DNA from: an uncultured delta proteobacterium
GTDB lineage: Bacteria > Myxococcota_A > Polyangia > Polyangiales > B10-G4
Assembly (NCBI GenBank): GCA_963727445.1
Contig: CAVSGI010000021.1
Coordinates: 128,001 to 192,000 of the forward strand
Direction: 5' to 3'
DNA: 64,000 bases
The notes beneath the pieces were generated by a model. That model was not told the origin of the DNA. It worked only from the letters and a program-made list of their open reading frames with translations, and did not search any database. A program made the translations under genes and the position numbers. Numbering within the stretch: position 1 is the stretch's first letter; every line of letters starts with the position of its first letter. This document shows positions 1-9,852 of the stretch, in pieces.

Positions 1-1
1 G

Positions 2-343
2 GGTGGCGACTGCTCGTGCTACTGCATGCCCGACGCCGGGATGGACGCGAGCGCCGATGCGGACGCCGGCCGCGACGCGGATGCGAGCCTCGACGCGGAC
101 GCCGCGGGAGACGCGTGCGTCCCACGAACGAACGATCTGTCGGCGATGGGACGCGATTGCTCGGACGGGTCGGCGTGCCCCGACGGCTACACCTGCCAGA
201 GCTTCGGGGGCGCAGCTCTCACCCAGAGCTGCCAAATCCTCTGCAACGCCGATTGCGAGTGTCCCGACACGCTCCCCACCTCGTGCGTCGAGATGACCGA
301 CAAGGCCGGGTCGTGGCGGCAATGCGCGCGCGACAAGATCTGA
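2..343 (+). CDS. Cys-rich secreted/lipoprotein, 3' part (5'-truncated by window edge)
   Basis: Frame is open from position 2 (GGDCSCYCMPDAG...), with a DAG/DAS low-complexity linker and Cys-rich C-terminal module; TGA at 341-343. Confidence 0.7.
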   Translation, partial: GGDCSCYCMPDAGMDASADADAGRDADASLDADAAGDACVPRTNDLSAMGRDCSDGSACPDGYTCQSFGGAALTQSCQILCNADCECPDTLPTSCVEMTDKAGSWRQCARDKI

Positions 344-359
344 GCAGAGGATCGCGACG

Positions 360-1160
360 ATGACGGCGCGGAAGAGCACGTTCTCGGTGCCGGGGATGGA
401 TTGCCCCTCGGAGGAGCGGGTGATCCGCTTGGCCATCGAGGCCGCGCCGGAGGTGCTGGAGCTGAGCTTCGACCTCGACGCCCGCCAGCTACGCGTGTGG
501 CATCGGGGCGCCAGCGCGGCCGTCCTCGAGAAGCTCGAGCCCCTCGGCTTCGGCGCCGAGCTGGTCGAGAGCGAGATAGACGAGAGCTTCGCCGCGAGCG
601 AGCCATCCGACCCGGCGGCCGAGGCCCGGGTCCTGAAGCAGCTGCTGGCGATCAACGCCGCGATGTTCGTCGTCGAGCTCGGGCTCGGCTTCGCCGCTCA
701 GTCCACGGGCTTGATCGCCGACTCCCTCGACATGCTCGCCGACGCGACGGTCTACGGCCTCTCTCTCTTCGCGGTGGGCCGCGGCCTGTCGGCGCAGCGC
801 CGCGCGGCCAAGCTCGCCGGCGCTTCCGAGCTCGTCCTGGCGCTCCTCGCGCTCGTCGAGGTCGGGCGCCGCGCCGTCATGGGCAGTGAGCCGGTGGAGG
901 GGCTGATGATCGGCGTCGCGCTCCTCGCCCTCGTCGCAAATCTGAGCTGCGTTGCGCTGTTGGCGCGCCATCGCCACGGCGGCATTCATCTGAAGGCGAG
1001 CTGGATCTTCTCCACCAACGACGCCCTCGCCAACCTCGGCGTGGTGGTCGCGGGCGTGCTCGTGGGCGTCACCGGTGCGGCCTGGCCGGACCTGATCATC
1101 GGCACGCTCGTCGCCCTCTTCGTGGCCTGGGGCGCGATCCGCATCCTGCGCCTGCGCTGA
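360..1160 (+). CDS. HMA-domain / cation diffusion facilitator (CzcD-like) metal transporter
   Basis: N-terminal GMDCPSEE HMA-like motif; TM domain with ADSLDMLADA and WIFSTNDALAN motifs. Confidence 0.85.
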   Translation: MTARKSTFSVPGMDCPSEERVIRLAIEAAPEVLELSFDLDARQLRVWHRGASAAVLEKLEPLGFGAELVESEIDESFAASEPSDPAAEARVLKQLLAINAAMFVVELGLGFAAQSTGLIADSLDMLADATVYGLSLFAVGRGLSAQRRAAKLAGASELVLALLALVEVGRRAVMGSEPVEGLMIGVALLALVANLSCVALLARHRHGGIHLKASWIFSTNDALANLGVVVAGVLVGVTGAAWPDLIIGTLVALFVAWGAIRILRLR

Positions 1161-1170
1161 GGCGGCGTCC

Positions 1171-1602
1171 TCAGCGCACGATGGTCACGGGGCAGGGCGC
1201 GGCGCGCAGCACCCGCTCGCTCACGCTGCCCATGACCAGGCCCTCAATCGACGACAGGCCGCGCGAGCCCATCACGATGAGGTCGACGTCGTGGCGGTCG
1301 GCGTAGGCGAGGATCTCCACCGTGGGGTTGCCTTCGGCGACCTCGCGGGAGCTCTCCACCTTCGCGGCGTCGCCGATGGCGGCGAGGGCTGCGCCGAACG
1401 CCTTGTCTGCGCTCTCGCGCCGGGCCTTGGCCATCGCCTCGTCACCCGCGAGGCCAGCGAGACCCATGCTCACCACCGCCGGCGCGTCGTAGACGAAGAG
1501 CAGGCACAGCTTCGCCTGGTGGGGTGCGGCGAGCCGGGCGGCGAAGGCCGCGGCCCGGCCAGCGCTCTCGGAGCCATCGACGGGGACCAGAACGTGCTTC
1601 AT
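1171..1602 (-). CDS. Universal stress protein (UspA family)
   Basis: VLVPVDGSES ... DLIVMGSRG ... GSVSERVLRAAPCPV. Confidence 0.93.
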   Translation of the reverse strand: MKHVLVPVDGSESAGRAAAFAARLAAPHQAKLCLLFVYDAPAVVSMGLAGLAGDEAMAKARRESADKAFGAALAAIGDAAKVESSREVAEGNPTVEILAYADRHDVDLIVMGSRGLSSIEGLVMGSVSERVLRAAPCPVTIVR

Positions 1603-1681
1603 CGGTGCGCCTCCATGGGCCGGCAGGTTAGCGGCGAGGCGGCGCCCACGAAAGGACTGCTCTGCCCGGACTCACCAAGGC

Positions 1682-3004
1682 TCAGGGAGCGGCTTCCGTC
1701 GAAGCGACGGTGCAGCTCGACATGTTGGCCACACGGTAGGGGGCGCTGAAGACCACGTATTCCCCGCTCGCAGGGCAGGTGAACGTCGTCTGGCTGCAGC
1801 AATCCCCGGAGCCGCCACAGCGCCCGCCGCCGCAGCCCGAGTCGTCGTTGGAGCCGATGGCGTACCAGCTCATGCACGTCGGGTCGTCCGAGATGTCGCA
1901 GACGCGGATGAAGGGGTCGCCGGTGCACATGCCCAGGCCGCATGCGTCGGAGCAGCCGACGGTCACCATGTTGCCGGCGGTGCAGGTGTACTGACCGATG
2001 CGGGTGAGCCCGCAGTTGCGATTCGCGCCGTCCGATGCGTCCATCGGGCAGGGCATGGTGACGTCTTCGTCCGCGGGAAGGGGATCCGCCTCGGGCACGC
2101 TGATGGAAACGAGGGCGCTGTTGTTCGTGTAGTCGGACTCGTTGAGGATGTGCTCGTAGTTGAGGTTCACCGAGAGATCGTAGTCCCCGGCGTCGAGGTC
2201 GGTGATGTCGACCCACTGGCAGTCGAGGTGGCCGCCGTAGACGTCCTGCCAGTTGCGGCTGATGCCCTGGTTCGAGCAGTTGTAGTTCGCGCCGCGCGAA
2301 TCCATGCCGGGGTACTGATAGAAGTCGAGGAGGCAGAAGGCCTGCTTGTGGCCGGTCGCCGCCACCGACCCGTCCGCGGTCAAGAGCTCGTACTCGGCGT
2401 AGCTGTTGAAGTGGTAGTGGTCGTGGCAGGAGGAATAGGTGAAGTAGTCGATCGAGTCCGAGGGCGGGCCCAGGTAGAGGTCGGCGCCGCCGGTGTTCGG
2501 GGTCCAGGTTGGGAAGCGCAGCAGCCGCCGCCATCCCGGCGCGTCCACGCACCCCTCGACGATGGCGCAGTCCCCGTCAGGGAAGTACGCCCACTCGAAG
2601 CGCACGTCGGCGACGAGCCGGTCCTCGTCGACCCAGATGTCCGCGGCCGGGCACATCCCGTCGACCCGCGGCTGACACGAGAAGCGTCCATCGACCGGGC
2701 TGCAGCACTCGTCTGCCGCGCAGCCGCTCCCGCCGCAGCGCCCCTCCCAGTCGCCGTCGCATTGGATGCCGCTGTCGGGATTGCAGCCGACGAGCCCGCC
2801 GTCGCCGGCGTCGTCCGCGTCGGGTCCGCTGTCCACGGTGGTGTCCGGTGCGGTGTCGGGCGAACCGGTGTCCGCGACGATGGCGTCCATCCCGGTGTCG
2901 GCACCGCCGCTATCCGCTCCCGAATCGACCGCGGCTCCGTCGTCCCCGCAAGCTGACGTCAGAAAGGAGAGCAAGACCAACGAGGGGATGTGCCGCATCG
3001 ACAA
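1682..3004 (-). CDS. Lipoprotein with lysyl oxidase (LOX) domain
   Basis: Lipobox LTSA-C; RRLLRF, CHDHYHF, GHKQAFCL, QGIS-x-WQDVY, CQWVDITD, ESDYTNN LOX motifs. Confidence 0.85.
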   Translation of the reverse strand: MSMRHIPSLVLLSFLTSACGDDGAAVDSGADSGGADTGMDAIVADTGSPDTAPDTTVDSGPDADDAGDGGLVGCNPDSGIQCDGDWEGRCGGSGCAADECCSPVDGRFSCQPRVDGMCPAADIWVDEDRLVADVRFEWAYFPDGDCAIVEGCVDAPGWRRLLRFPTWTPNTGGADLYLGPPSDSIDYFTYSSCHDHYHFNSYAEYELLTADGSVAATGHKQAFCLLDFYQYPGMDSRGANYNCSNQGISRNWQDVYGGHLDCQWVDITDLDAGDYDLSVNLNYEHILNESDYTNNSALVSISVPEADPLPADEDVTMPCPMDASDGANRNCGLTRIGQYTCTAGNMVTVGCSDACGLGMCTGDPFIRVCDISDDPTCMSWYAIGSNDDSGCGGGRCGGSGDCCSQTTFTCPASGEYVVFSAPYRVANMSSCTVASTEAAP

Positions 3005-3043
3005 AGGATGAGCGGCTTTGTCACCTCTGACAATCGTCCCGGT

Positions 3044-5068
3044 TCAGACCAGGCCCTGGCGTTCGAAAAGCGCCAACAGCTTCGGCTCGCGGCCCATGAA
3101 CTCCTGGTACAGCGTCATGGGATCTTCACTGTCCCCCCGTGAAAGGATGGCGTCCCGGAAGGCCCGCCCCACGCTGGAGTCGAATACGCCTTCGGTCTTG
3201 AAACGGGTGAAAGCGTCCGCGTCGAGCACCTCGGCCCACTTGTAGGAGTAGTAGCCGGCGGCGTAGCCCACGGGGCTCGCGAAGAGGTGGCCGAAGCGCA
3301 GGATCATCGCGTAGTCGTCAGGCAGGGGAGCGGCGGCGTGCGCCTGGAGGATCTCTCTGGCGTGGGTCAAGAGGCTCGCGTCCTCGGACGGATCCCATCC
3401 GACGTGGAGGTCGAGATCCACCGTGCCGAAGCCGAGCTGGCGCATCTGCGCGTTCGCCGCGCGGTAGGTGCGCGCCCGCACCATCTTGTCGAAGAGCGCC
3501 CGAGGGATCGTCTCGCCCGTCTCGTAGTGGTGCGCGAAGAGGTCGAGGGCCTCCTTCTCCCAGCACCAGTTCTGCATGATCTGCGAGGGAAGCTCGACGA
3601 AGTCCCACGCGACGTTCGTCCCTGCGAGGCTGCGCACCTCGACCTGCGAGAGCATGTGATGGAGCAGGTGACCGAACTCGTGGAAGAGCGTCTCGACCTC
3701 GCGATGCGTGAGGAGCGCGGGAGCATCGCCCACGGCCGGAGTGACGTTCGCGCAGAAGAGCCCGAGGTGCGGCTCCGGCGGCACGCTCGTCGACAGCCCT
3801 TGCATCCAAGCGCCGCCGCGCTTCTCCTCGCGCGGGAAGAGGTCGACGTAGAACGCGCCGAGCTCGCCGTCCGACGCATCCTTCAGGCGAAAGGCGCGCA
3901 CCGACGGATGCCAGGTGGGCATGTCGTCGGTCTCGGCGATCTTGACGCCATAGAGACGCTCGGCCGTCTCGAAGAGGCCGCGGAGCGTCGCGTCCACGGA
4001 GAAGTAGGGGCGGAGCTCCTCTTCGTCGAAGTCGTAGAGCTCCTTTCGCATCTTCTCCGCCCAGTAGCCGATGTCCCAGGGGGCGATGGGCGGCGCGTCG
4101 TCGCCGAGCTTCTCCTTTCGAAACGCTTCGAGGTCGCGATTCTCCTTTTCGAAGAAGGGAAGGGTGCGCTCGCGTAGCTCGTCGAGGAACGAGATGGCCT
4201 TCGCACCCTCGGCGGCCATTCGATCTTCGAGGACCAGGTCGGCGAAGTCGGAGTAGCCGAGGAGCTGCGCCTTCTCGCGACGCAGCTCGAGGATGCGGCG
4301 CACCAGGGGCTCGTTGTCCCACTCGCCGCTCGTGTCGCTCGAGTTGTAAGCGCGCCACACCTGCTCGCGAATGGTCCGATCGTCGAGGTAGGTCAGGAGC
4401 GGGATCAGGCTCGGCGCCTGAAGCGTGAAGCGCCATCCCTTCTTGCCCTTGGCCTCGGCGCTCTGCTTGGCGGCGGCCACCGCCGAGGGGGGCAGCCCGG
4501 CGAGCTTCGACTCGTCGTCGATCACCAACTCGAAGGCGTTGGTGGAGTCGAGGACGTTCTGACCGTATTTCGTCGTCAGCTTCGTCAGCTCCACGTCGAC
4601 CTCGGCGAGGCGCTTCTTGCCCTCGGGATCGAGCTCGGCGCCGTGGCGCTTGAAGAAGTCGACGGTCTTTTTCAGGTGACGTGCCCGCGCGCCTTCGAGG
4701 CTACGGCCGGCGTCGCTCTCCGCCAGGGCAGAGACGCGCTTCCAGAGCGCGTCGTTCAGCGGGATCGACGAGTAGAACTCGCTCACGGCGGGCTTCACTT
4801 CGTCGTAGGCCGCACGCAGCGCGTCGCTCGTCGCCACGGCCTCGAGGTGCCCGACGATGCCCATCGCCCGCTCGAGCTGCTCCGTCGCGTCTTCGAGAGC
4901 GCCGAGCACCGACGCGTAGGTCGGCGGCGAGGTGTCGGCGGCCACCGTGTCCACGCCGCTCCGGGCTTGCGCGAGGAGAGCCGTGACACCGGGCACCACG
5001 TGCTCGGGGCGGATGCGATCGAACGGGATCGCGAAGTCGGTCGAAAAGAGTGGGTTGTCGTCGCTCAC
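3044..5068 (-). CDS. prlC: M3A oligopeptidase A
   Basis: TLFHEFGH zinc motif, WDFVELPSQ, GYAAGYYSYKWAEVLDADAF. Confidence 0.93.
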   Translation of the reverse strand: MSDDNPLFSTDFAIPFDRIRPEHVVPGVTALLAQARSGVDTVAADTSPPTYASVLGALEDATEQLERAMGIVGHLEAVATSDALRAAYDEVKPAVSEFYSSIPLNDALWKRVSALAESDAGRSLEGARARHLKKTVDFFKRHGAELDPEGKKRLAEVDVELTKLTTKYGQNVLDSTNAFELVIDDESKLAGLPPSAVAAAKQSAEAKGKKGWRFTLQAPSLIPLLTYLDDRTIREQVWRAYNSSDTSGEWDNEPLVRRILELRREKAQLLGYSDFADLVLEDRMAAEGAKAISFLDELRERTLPFFEKENRDLEAFRKEKLGDDAPPIAPWDIGYWAEKMRKELYDFDEEELRPYFSVDATLRGLFETAERLYGVKIAETDDMPTWHPSVRAFRLKDASDGELGAFYVDLFPREEKRGGAWMQGLSTSVPPEPHLGLFCANVTPAVGDAPALLTHREVETLFHEFGHLLHHMLSQVEVRSLAGTNVAWDFVELPSQIMQNWCWEKEALDLFAHHYETGETIPRALFDKMVRARTYRAANAQMRQLGFGTVDLDLHVGWDPSEDASLLTHAREILQAHAAAPLPDDYAMILRFGHLFASPVGYAAGYYSYKWAEVLDADAFTRFKTEGVFDSSVGRAFRDAILSRGDSEDPMTLYQEFMGREPKLLALFERQGLV

Positions 5069-5544
5069 TATTCGGACTCCTCTGAGCTCGCGAGCTCTGC
5101 GATCGCGTGGAAGGCGTCGTGGACGGCGGAGAGCTTGTCCTCCGCTGCATCGCCGCCGGTGTCACAGGCGACGGCGACCTCGGCGACGCTCGCCGTCAGC
5201 GCCTCGGTGGCCACGTTCCAATCCGTCTCGTCGGCGCCCTCGAGGGCTTCCATGGCCGCGACATCCGCCGCTGCCTCGTCGAGGGCCGACAGGTTGTCGG
5301 TATCGCACGCCAGCGCGCGCCGCGTGTCGCCGGGCTCCGCGTGCCAGATCGGACCGAGGACCGAGTGGAAGTGATCGACCGCGGGGGGCATGCCGGGGTG
5401 ATCGTCGCCGCTCCCGTGATGCTCGCCGCCGCTGTGATGCTCGCCGTGATGCTCCGCGTGTTCTTCCGGGCCGCTTGCCTCCTCGTTTCCACCGCCGCAG
5501 GCGACGAGGCCGAGGGCGCAGAGGCCGCTGATGATGCGCTTCAT
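5068..5544 (-). CDS. His-rich small lipoprotein (helical, possible metal-binding)
   Basis: Start reassigned to MKRIISGLCALGLVA-C (ATG at 5544); His-rich stretch EEHAEHHGEHHSGGEHH; stop overlaps the prlC GTG start. Confidence 0.8.
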   Translation of the reverse strand: MKRIISGLCALGLVACGGGNEEASGPEEHAEHHGEHHSGGEHHGSGDDHPGMPPAVDHFHSVLGPIWHAEPGDTRRALACDTDNLSALDEAAADVAAMEALEGADETDWNVATEALTASVAEVAVACDTGGDAAEDKLSAVHDAFHAIAELASSEESE

Positions 5545-5579
5545 GGCCTGCTGATAGGCCGGCCGCGATCGAACCGCAA

Positions 5580-5741
5580 CCCCTCTCCAAGAAGGCTCGG
5601 GTCCGCAGAGCGTACGGTCCCGCGTAGCGCCCCGTAGGGCGCGAAGCGGGACCGGGAGCGGCGCGGCCCCGAGCCGGGAGTGCATCCCCCTCTCCAAGAA
5701 GGCTCGGGTCCGCAGAGCGTACGGTCCCGCGTAGCGCCCCG
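5580..5741. repeat. 55-bp direct repeat x2 (5580-5634, 5687-5741) at the left edge of the 225-bp array
   Basis: cccctctccaagaaggctcgggtccgcagagcgtacggtcccgcgtagcgccccg occurs twice, offset 107 bp. Confidence 0.9.
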
Positions 5742-6403
5742 CAGTGGCCGGCCTTCGGCCGCCACCCGGCGCCTCCGGCGCCGTGCAGGGGAGGCCGACA
5801 GCACACGCAGATCTACCCGGGGCGGCGGTATCGCCGCCCCGCACTTCGCGCAACTCTCGTCGGCCGCGGGGACGCAGTCCCCGAGGGGAGCGTGGAGGGG
5901 GCGAAAGCCCCCTCACCAAAACCAACCCTCGTCTCACCCATCGCGTAGCGCCCCGTAGCCGGCCCGCAGTGGCCGGCCTTCGGCCGCCACCCGGCGCCTC
6001 CGGCGCCGTGCAGGGGAGGCCGACAGCACACGCAGATCTAGCCGGGGCGGCGGTATCGCCGCCCCGCACTTCGCGCAACTCTCGTCGGCCGCGGGGACGC
6101 AGTCCCCGAGGGGAGCGTGGAGGGGGCGAAAGCCCCCTCACCAAAACCAACCCTCGTCTCACCCATCTCGTAGCGCCCCGTAGCCGGCCCGCAGTGGCCG
6201 GCCTTCGGCCGCCACCCGGCGCCTCCGGCGCCGTGCAGGGGAGGCCGACAGCACACGCAGATCTAGCCGGGGCGGCGGTATCGCCGCCCCGCACTTCGCG
6301 CAACTCTCGTCGGCCGCGGGGACGCAGTCCCCGAGGGGAGCGTGGAGGGGGCGAAAGCCCCCTCACCAAAACCAACCCTCGTCTCACCCATCGCGTAGCG
6401 CCC
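5738..6403. repeat. Tandem array of ~3 copies of a structured 225-bp unit
   Basis: Units start at 5738, 5963 and 6188; only two substitutions seen among copies; multiple hairpins per unit. Confidence 0.95.
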
Positions 6404-6474
6404 AGGGGCGCGAAGCGGAACTTGCCTTTCCAACCCTCTAGATCTTCGGGCCCTGCCATGCGTCACTTCCGGCC

Positions 6475-8415
6475 ATGCGACGATGGAACGGGGCTCTGGC
6501 CCTCTCGATCCTGCTCAGCGCTTGTGGGGGCGGGCCGGCGGTCCTCGGCTCGGACGATGTCCCGGTGCGGCGCGTGGTCCTCTACCGAAATGGCGTGGCC
6601 TACTTCGAACGAAGCGGGCAGGTGGACGGGGACGAGCTCCACTTCGGGGTGCGACAGTCCGAGGTGGGCGATTTCCTGTCGTCACTGACGGTGGTCGAGC
6701 GAACGGCGGGCGGGGTCTCGAGCGTGTCCTTCGAGGTGCCCGAGCCGCCCGAGCCACCGGCGCCGCCGCCTCCCGAGGCGCTCGAAGAGGACGAGGAGCC
6801 GCCGCCTCCGCCCGAGCCCGAGGAGCCCGAGGACCCCCGCGTCGACGTCAACCTGCGCCTGCGCGGCCAGGTCGAGCACGAGCTCATGGTCGCCTACGTG
6901 GTGGGCGCGCCGATCTGGCGGCCCTCCTATCGCGTGGTGATCGACGAGGGCGACGCGCTCCTTCAGGCCTGGGCCGTGGTGCAGAACACGTCGGGGGAAG
7001 ATTGGACGAACGTCGAGCTGTCGCTGACGACGGGAACACCGATCGCCTTTCGATCGGATCTCGGAACTCCAGTGACACCGCCGCGCCCGCAGATCACGGA
7101 CACCGGGGACGTGGTGATGGCCGTGCCGATGAGCGAGACGACCCTCGCCCAGGGGCCGCCGCCGCCCCCCGAGGCAGCGGAGTCACAGAACGACTACGGT
7201 GGCGACGATGCCTACGCCATGGACGAGGAGGAACGCGTGGCCGCCGCCGAAGCCGCGCCCAGTCCTTCCCGGCGGGCCCGGCACACCGGGTACGGAACGA
7301 GCTCGGGTTATGGGGCCGGTGGGGGCGGGGCCGCAGACATGCCGATGGAGATGCCGATGGCGCAGGGCGTGAGCGCCAACATGGCGCAGAGCAGCGTGAG
7401 CGCCATGGCCGCGTCCGCGATGCTCGGCGATGGGGTGACCCGCTACGACCTGAACGAGCGCGTCACGGTGCCCGACGGCGGTTCGACCATGGTCGCGATC
7501 CTCTCGGAGCGCGTCCCCGGCCGCGAGGTGCACCTCTTCGCGCCCGATCCCGGTGTGCCGACCTCGCGCACCCACCCGTTCCGCGTGGTGCGCATCGAGA
7601 ATACGACCGGCGCGGTGCTCGAGCGCGGACCGATCAGCGTGCTGGGACACGGCTCCTTCCTCGGTCAGGGCCTCCTCGAGCCGCTGCCCAGGGACGCGAC
7701 CACCTTCGTCCCCTTCGCCGTCGATCGCTCGGTGGCGGTGCAGTCGACCACGCGGGGAACGGAAGCCGATGCGGCGCTGGTGCGCATCACCCAGAGCCAG
7801 GTCGTGGTCGAGCGCTTCGCCGAGAGGCGCACCAAGTACACGGTGCAGAACGGCAGCGACCACGAGGCCGAGGTCTTCCTGCGTCATCCACGCATGAGCG
7901 GCGCCACCCTCTTCGAGCCGCCCGAGGGCACCGAGGAGAGCCCGGACAAGGCGCTCGTTCCGCTCACGGTGCGCCCGCACGGCAGCGGCGAGGTGGAGGT
8001 CGTCGAGCGCACGCCGGTGCGGCGCACCGTGCAATTCATGACCGAGATCGCGGCCGAGGCGGTGGGGCTCTACCTTCACGGCGCGGCGGTGGACGCGGCG
8101 CAAGGTCCGGCCCTCACCCGTGCCCTCGAGCTTCGCCAGCAGCTCATCGCGGCAGAGCAGCGGCGCAACGCCGCGACGCAAGAGAAGCGCACGCTCACGG
8201 CGAACGCCGAGGAGACGCGTCAGAACATCGAGTCCATCCGGCGGCTGCCGGGCACGACCGATCTGCGCCAGCGCCTCGTCAGTCGCTTGAGCGACCTCGA
8301 CTCCCGCATCGCCGATCTCACGCGCGAGATCGTCGACGCCGACACCACCATGAGCGAGCTCCAGGTCCGCCTCTCCGAGGCCCTGCAGGACGTCTCGCTC
8401 GTCGTCCAGGAATAG
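6475..8415 (+). CDS. DUF4139-type lipoprotein with Pro/Glu linker and C-terminal coiled coil
   Basis: Lipobox LLSA-C; VVLYRNGVAYFER, WRPSYRV, LQAWAVVQNTSGEDW motifs. Confidence 0.8.
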   Translation: MRRWNGALALSILLSACGGGPAVLGSDDVPVRRVVLYRNGVAYFERSGQVDGDELHFGVRQSEVGDFLSSLTVVERTAGGVSSVSFEVPEPPEPPAPPPPEALEEDEEPPPPPEPEEPEDPRVDVNLRLRGQVEHELMVAYVVGAPIWRPSYRVVIDEGDALLQAWAVVQNTSGEDWTNVELSLTTGTPIAFRSDLGTPVTPPRPQITDTGDVVMAVPMSETTLAQGPPPPPEAAESQNDYGGDDAYAMDEEERVAAAEAAPSPSRRARHTGYGTSSGYGAGGGGAADMPMEMPMAQGVSANMAQSSVSAMAASAMLGDGVTRYDLNERVTVPDGGSTMVAILSERVPGREVHLFAPDPGVPTSRTHPFRVVRIENTTGAVLERGPISVLGHGSFLGQGLLEPLPRDATTFVPFAVDRSVAVQSTTRGTEADAALVRITQSQVVVERFAERRTKYTVQNGSDHEAEVFLRHPRMSGATLFEPPEGTEESPDKALVPLTVRPHGSGEVEVVERTPVRRTVQFMTEIAAEAVGLYLHGAAVDAAQGPALTRALELRQQLIAAEQRRNAATQEKRTLTANAEETRQNIESIRRLPGTTDLRQRLVSRLSDLDSRIADLTREIVDADTTMSELQVRLSEALQDVSLVVQE

Positions 8416-8451
8416 ACTAGTGCCCGATCGAACCAGGCACTGGCGCCTCCG

Positions 8452-9852
8452 TCAGAGCAACCGCCTCAGCCAGCGCTCCTTGTCGTCGGTGTAGGGCGGG
8501 TAGCGGAAGGCCGGATCGACCTTGGTGCTCTTGATGAGGACCGACTTGTGGTGGCTGAAGAGGTCGAAGGATGCGCGGCCGTGATAGGCGCCCATCCCGC
8601 TCTCACCGACACCGCCGAAGGGTAGCTCCGGCACCACCATGTGGGCGATGCACTCGTTGATGCAGGCGCCGCCCGAGCTGGTCTCGCGGATCACGCGCTT
8701 GGCCCGCTTCTGGCTGCGGCTGAACACGTAGAGCGCGAGCGGCTTTTCGCCGGCGTTGACGAAGTCGATGGCCTCGTCGAGGTCGCGCACTTTGACGATG
8801 GGCAGAATGGGGCCGAAGATCTCTTCCTGCATCACCTTCATGTCGCGCGTGACGTTGCGGATGACGGTGGGCGCGATGTAGCAGCTCTTTTCGTCGGTCT
8901 CACCGCCGCAGACGATGTCACCCTCCTCGAGGAGACCACGGAGTCGCTGGTGATGGCGCTCGTTCACGATGCGCGCGAAGTCCGGGCTGCTCTTCGGATC
9001 GTCGCCGTAGAACTCCCGGACGGCGGCCTCGATCCGGTGGACCAATGCGTCCTCGATTGTCTCGTCGGCCAGGACGTAGTCGACGCTGGTGCAGCTCTGA
9101 CCCGCGTTGTAGAACTTCGCCCAGGCGATCCGCTTGGCGGCGACCTCGAGGTCCACGCTGCGGTCGACGATGCAGGGGCTCTTGCCGCCGAGCTCGAGGG
9201 TCACCGGCGTGAGGTGCTCCGCCGCGGCGCGCATCACGATGCGCCCCACCGTGCCGTTGCCGGTGAAGAAGATGTGATCGAAGCGCTCCTTCAGGAGCGC
9301 GGTGGTCTCGGGGACGCCGCCGAGGACCACCTTCACCGCCTCGGTGTCGAGGTAGCGCGGCACCAGCTCGGCGAGGGTGGCCGCCGTGTGGGGCGCCATC
9401 TCCGACGGCTTGAGAACCGAGGTGTTGCCGGCGGCCACTGCGCCCACGAAAGGACCGAGAAGGAGCTGGAGCGGGTAGTTCCACGGCGCGATGATCAGCG
9501 CCGTGCCGAGCGGCTCGTGATGGATGCGACTCTTGCCCGGCTGGTTGGCCAGGGCGGTCGTCACCTTCGTCGGCTTCATCCAATCTTCGAGATGCTTGAG
9601 CGTGTATCTCGCCTCTCCCGCGACGAAGTTCACCTCGCCGCCCCACGCCTCCACACGCGGCTTGCTGAAGTCGTCCGCGACGGCCTTCAGGAAGCGCTCC
9701 TCTTCCTTGTCCAGCATCGTGAGCAGCGCCTTGAGCTGCTGGCGCCGCCACTGGAGGGGCCGGGTCCTCCCCGAGCGGAAGGACTTCCGAAGATCTTCGA
9801 CCAGCCCCGGGATCTCTTTGGGGTCCGTGCTCGCGCCACCGTCCATGCTCAC
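8452..9852 (-). CDS. Aldehyde dehydrogenase (ALDH3/coniferyl-type)
   Basis: PWNYP, KPSE, FTG, LELGGKSP, NAGQSC catalytic Cys, EEIFGPILP, PFGGVGESGMG. Confidence 0.95.
   Translation of the reverse strand: MSMDGGASTDPKEIPGLVEDLRKSFRSGRTRPLQWRRQQLKALLTMLDKEEERFLKAVADDFSKPRVEAWGGEVNFVAGEARYTLKHLEDWMKPTKVTTALANQPGKSRIHHEPLGTALIIAPWNYPLQLLLGPFVGAVAAGNTSVLKPSEMAPHTAATLAELVPRYLDTEAVKVVLGGVPETTALLKERFDHIFFTGNGTVGRIVMRAAAEHLTPVTLELGGKSPCIVDRSVDLEVAAKRIAWAKFYNAGQSCTSVDYVLADETIEDALVHRIEAAVREFYGDDPKSSPDFARIVNERHHQRLRGLLEEGDIVCGGETDEKSCYIAPTVIRNVTRDMKVMQEEIFGPILPIVKVRDLDEAIDFVNAGEKPLALYVFSRSQKRAKRVIRETSSGGACINECIAHMVVPELPFGGVGESGMGAYHGRASFDLFSHHKSVLIKSTKVDPAFRYPPYTDDKERWLRRLL

Noticed and set aside
5580..6418. 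CRISPR interpretation of the recurring CGCGTAGCGCCC motif
   Set aside because: The intervening sequences are long and identical copies, not unique spacers
5068..6688. Long ORFs through the 225-bp array (5068-6459 minus; 5744-6688 plus; 72-aa repeats)
   Set aside because: The unit length is a multiple of 3 and GC-rich, so frames stay open by chance. The translations are Arg/Pro/Gly-rich without typical codon bias, and the real lipoprotein starts at 5544
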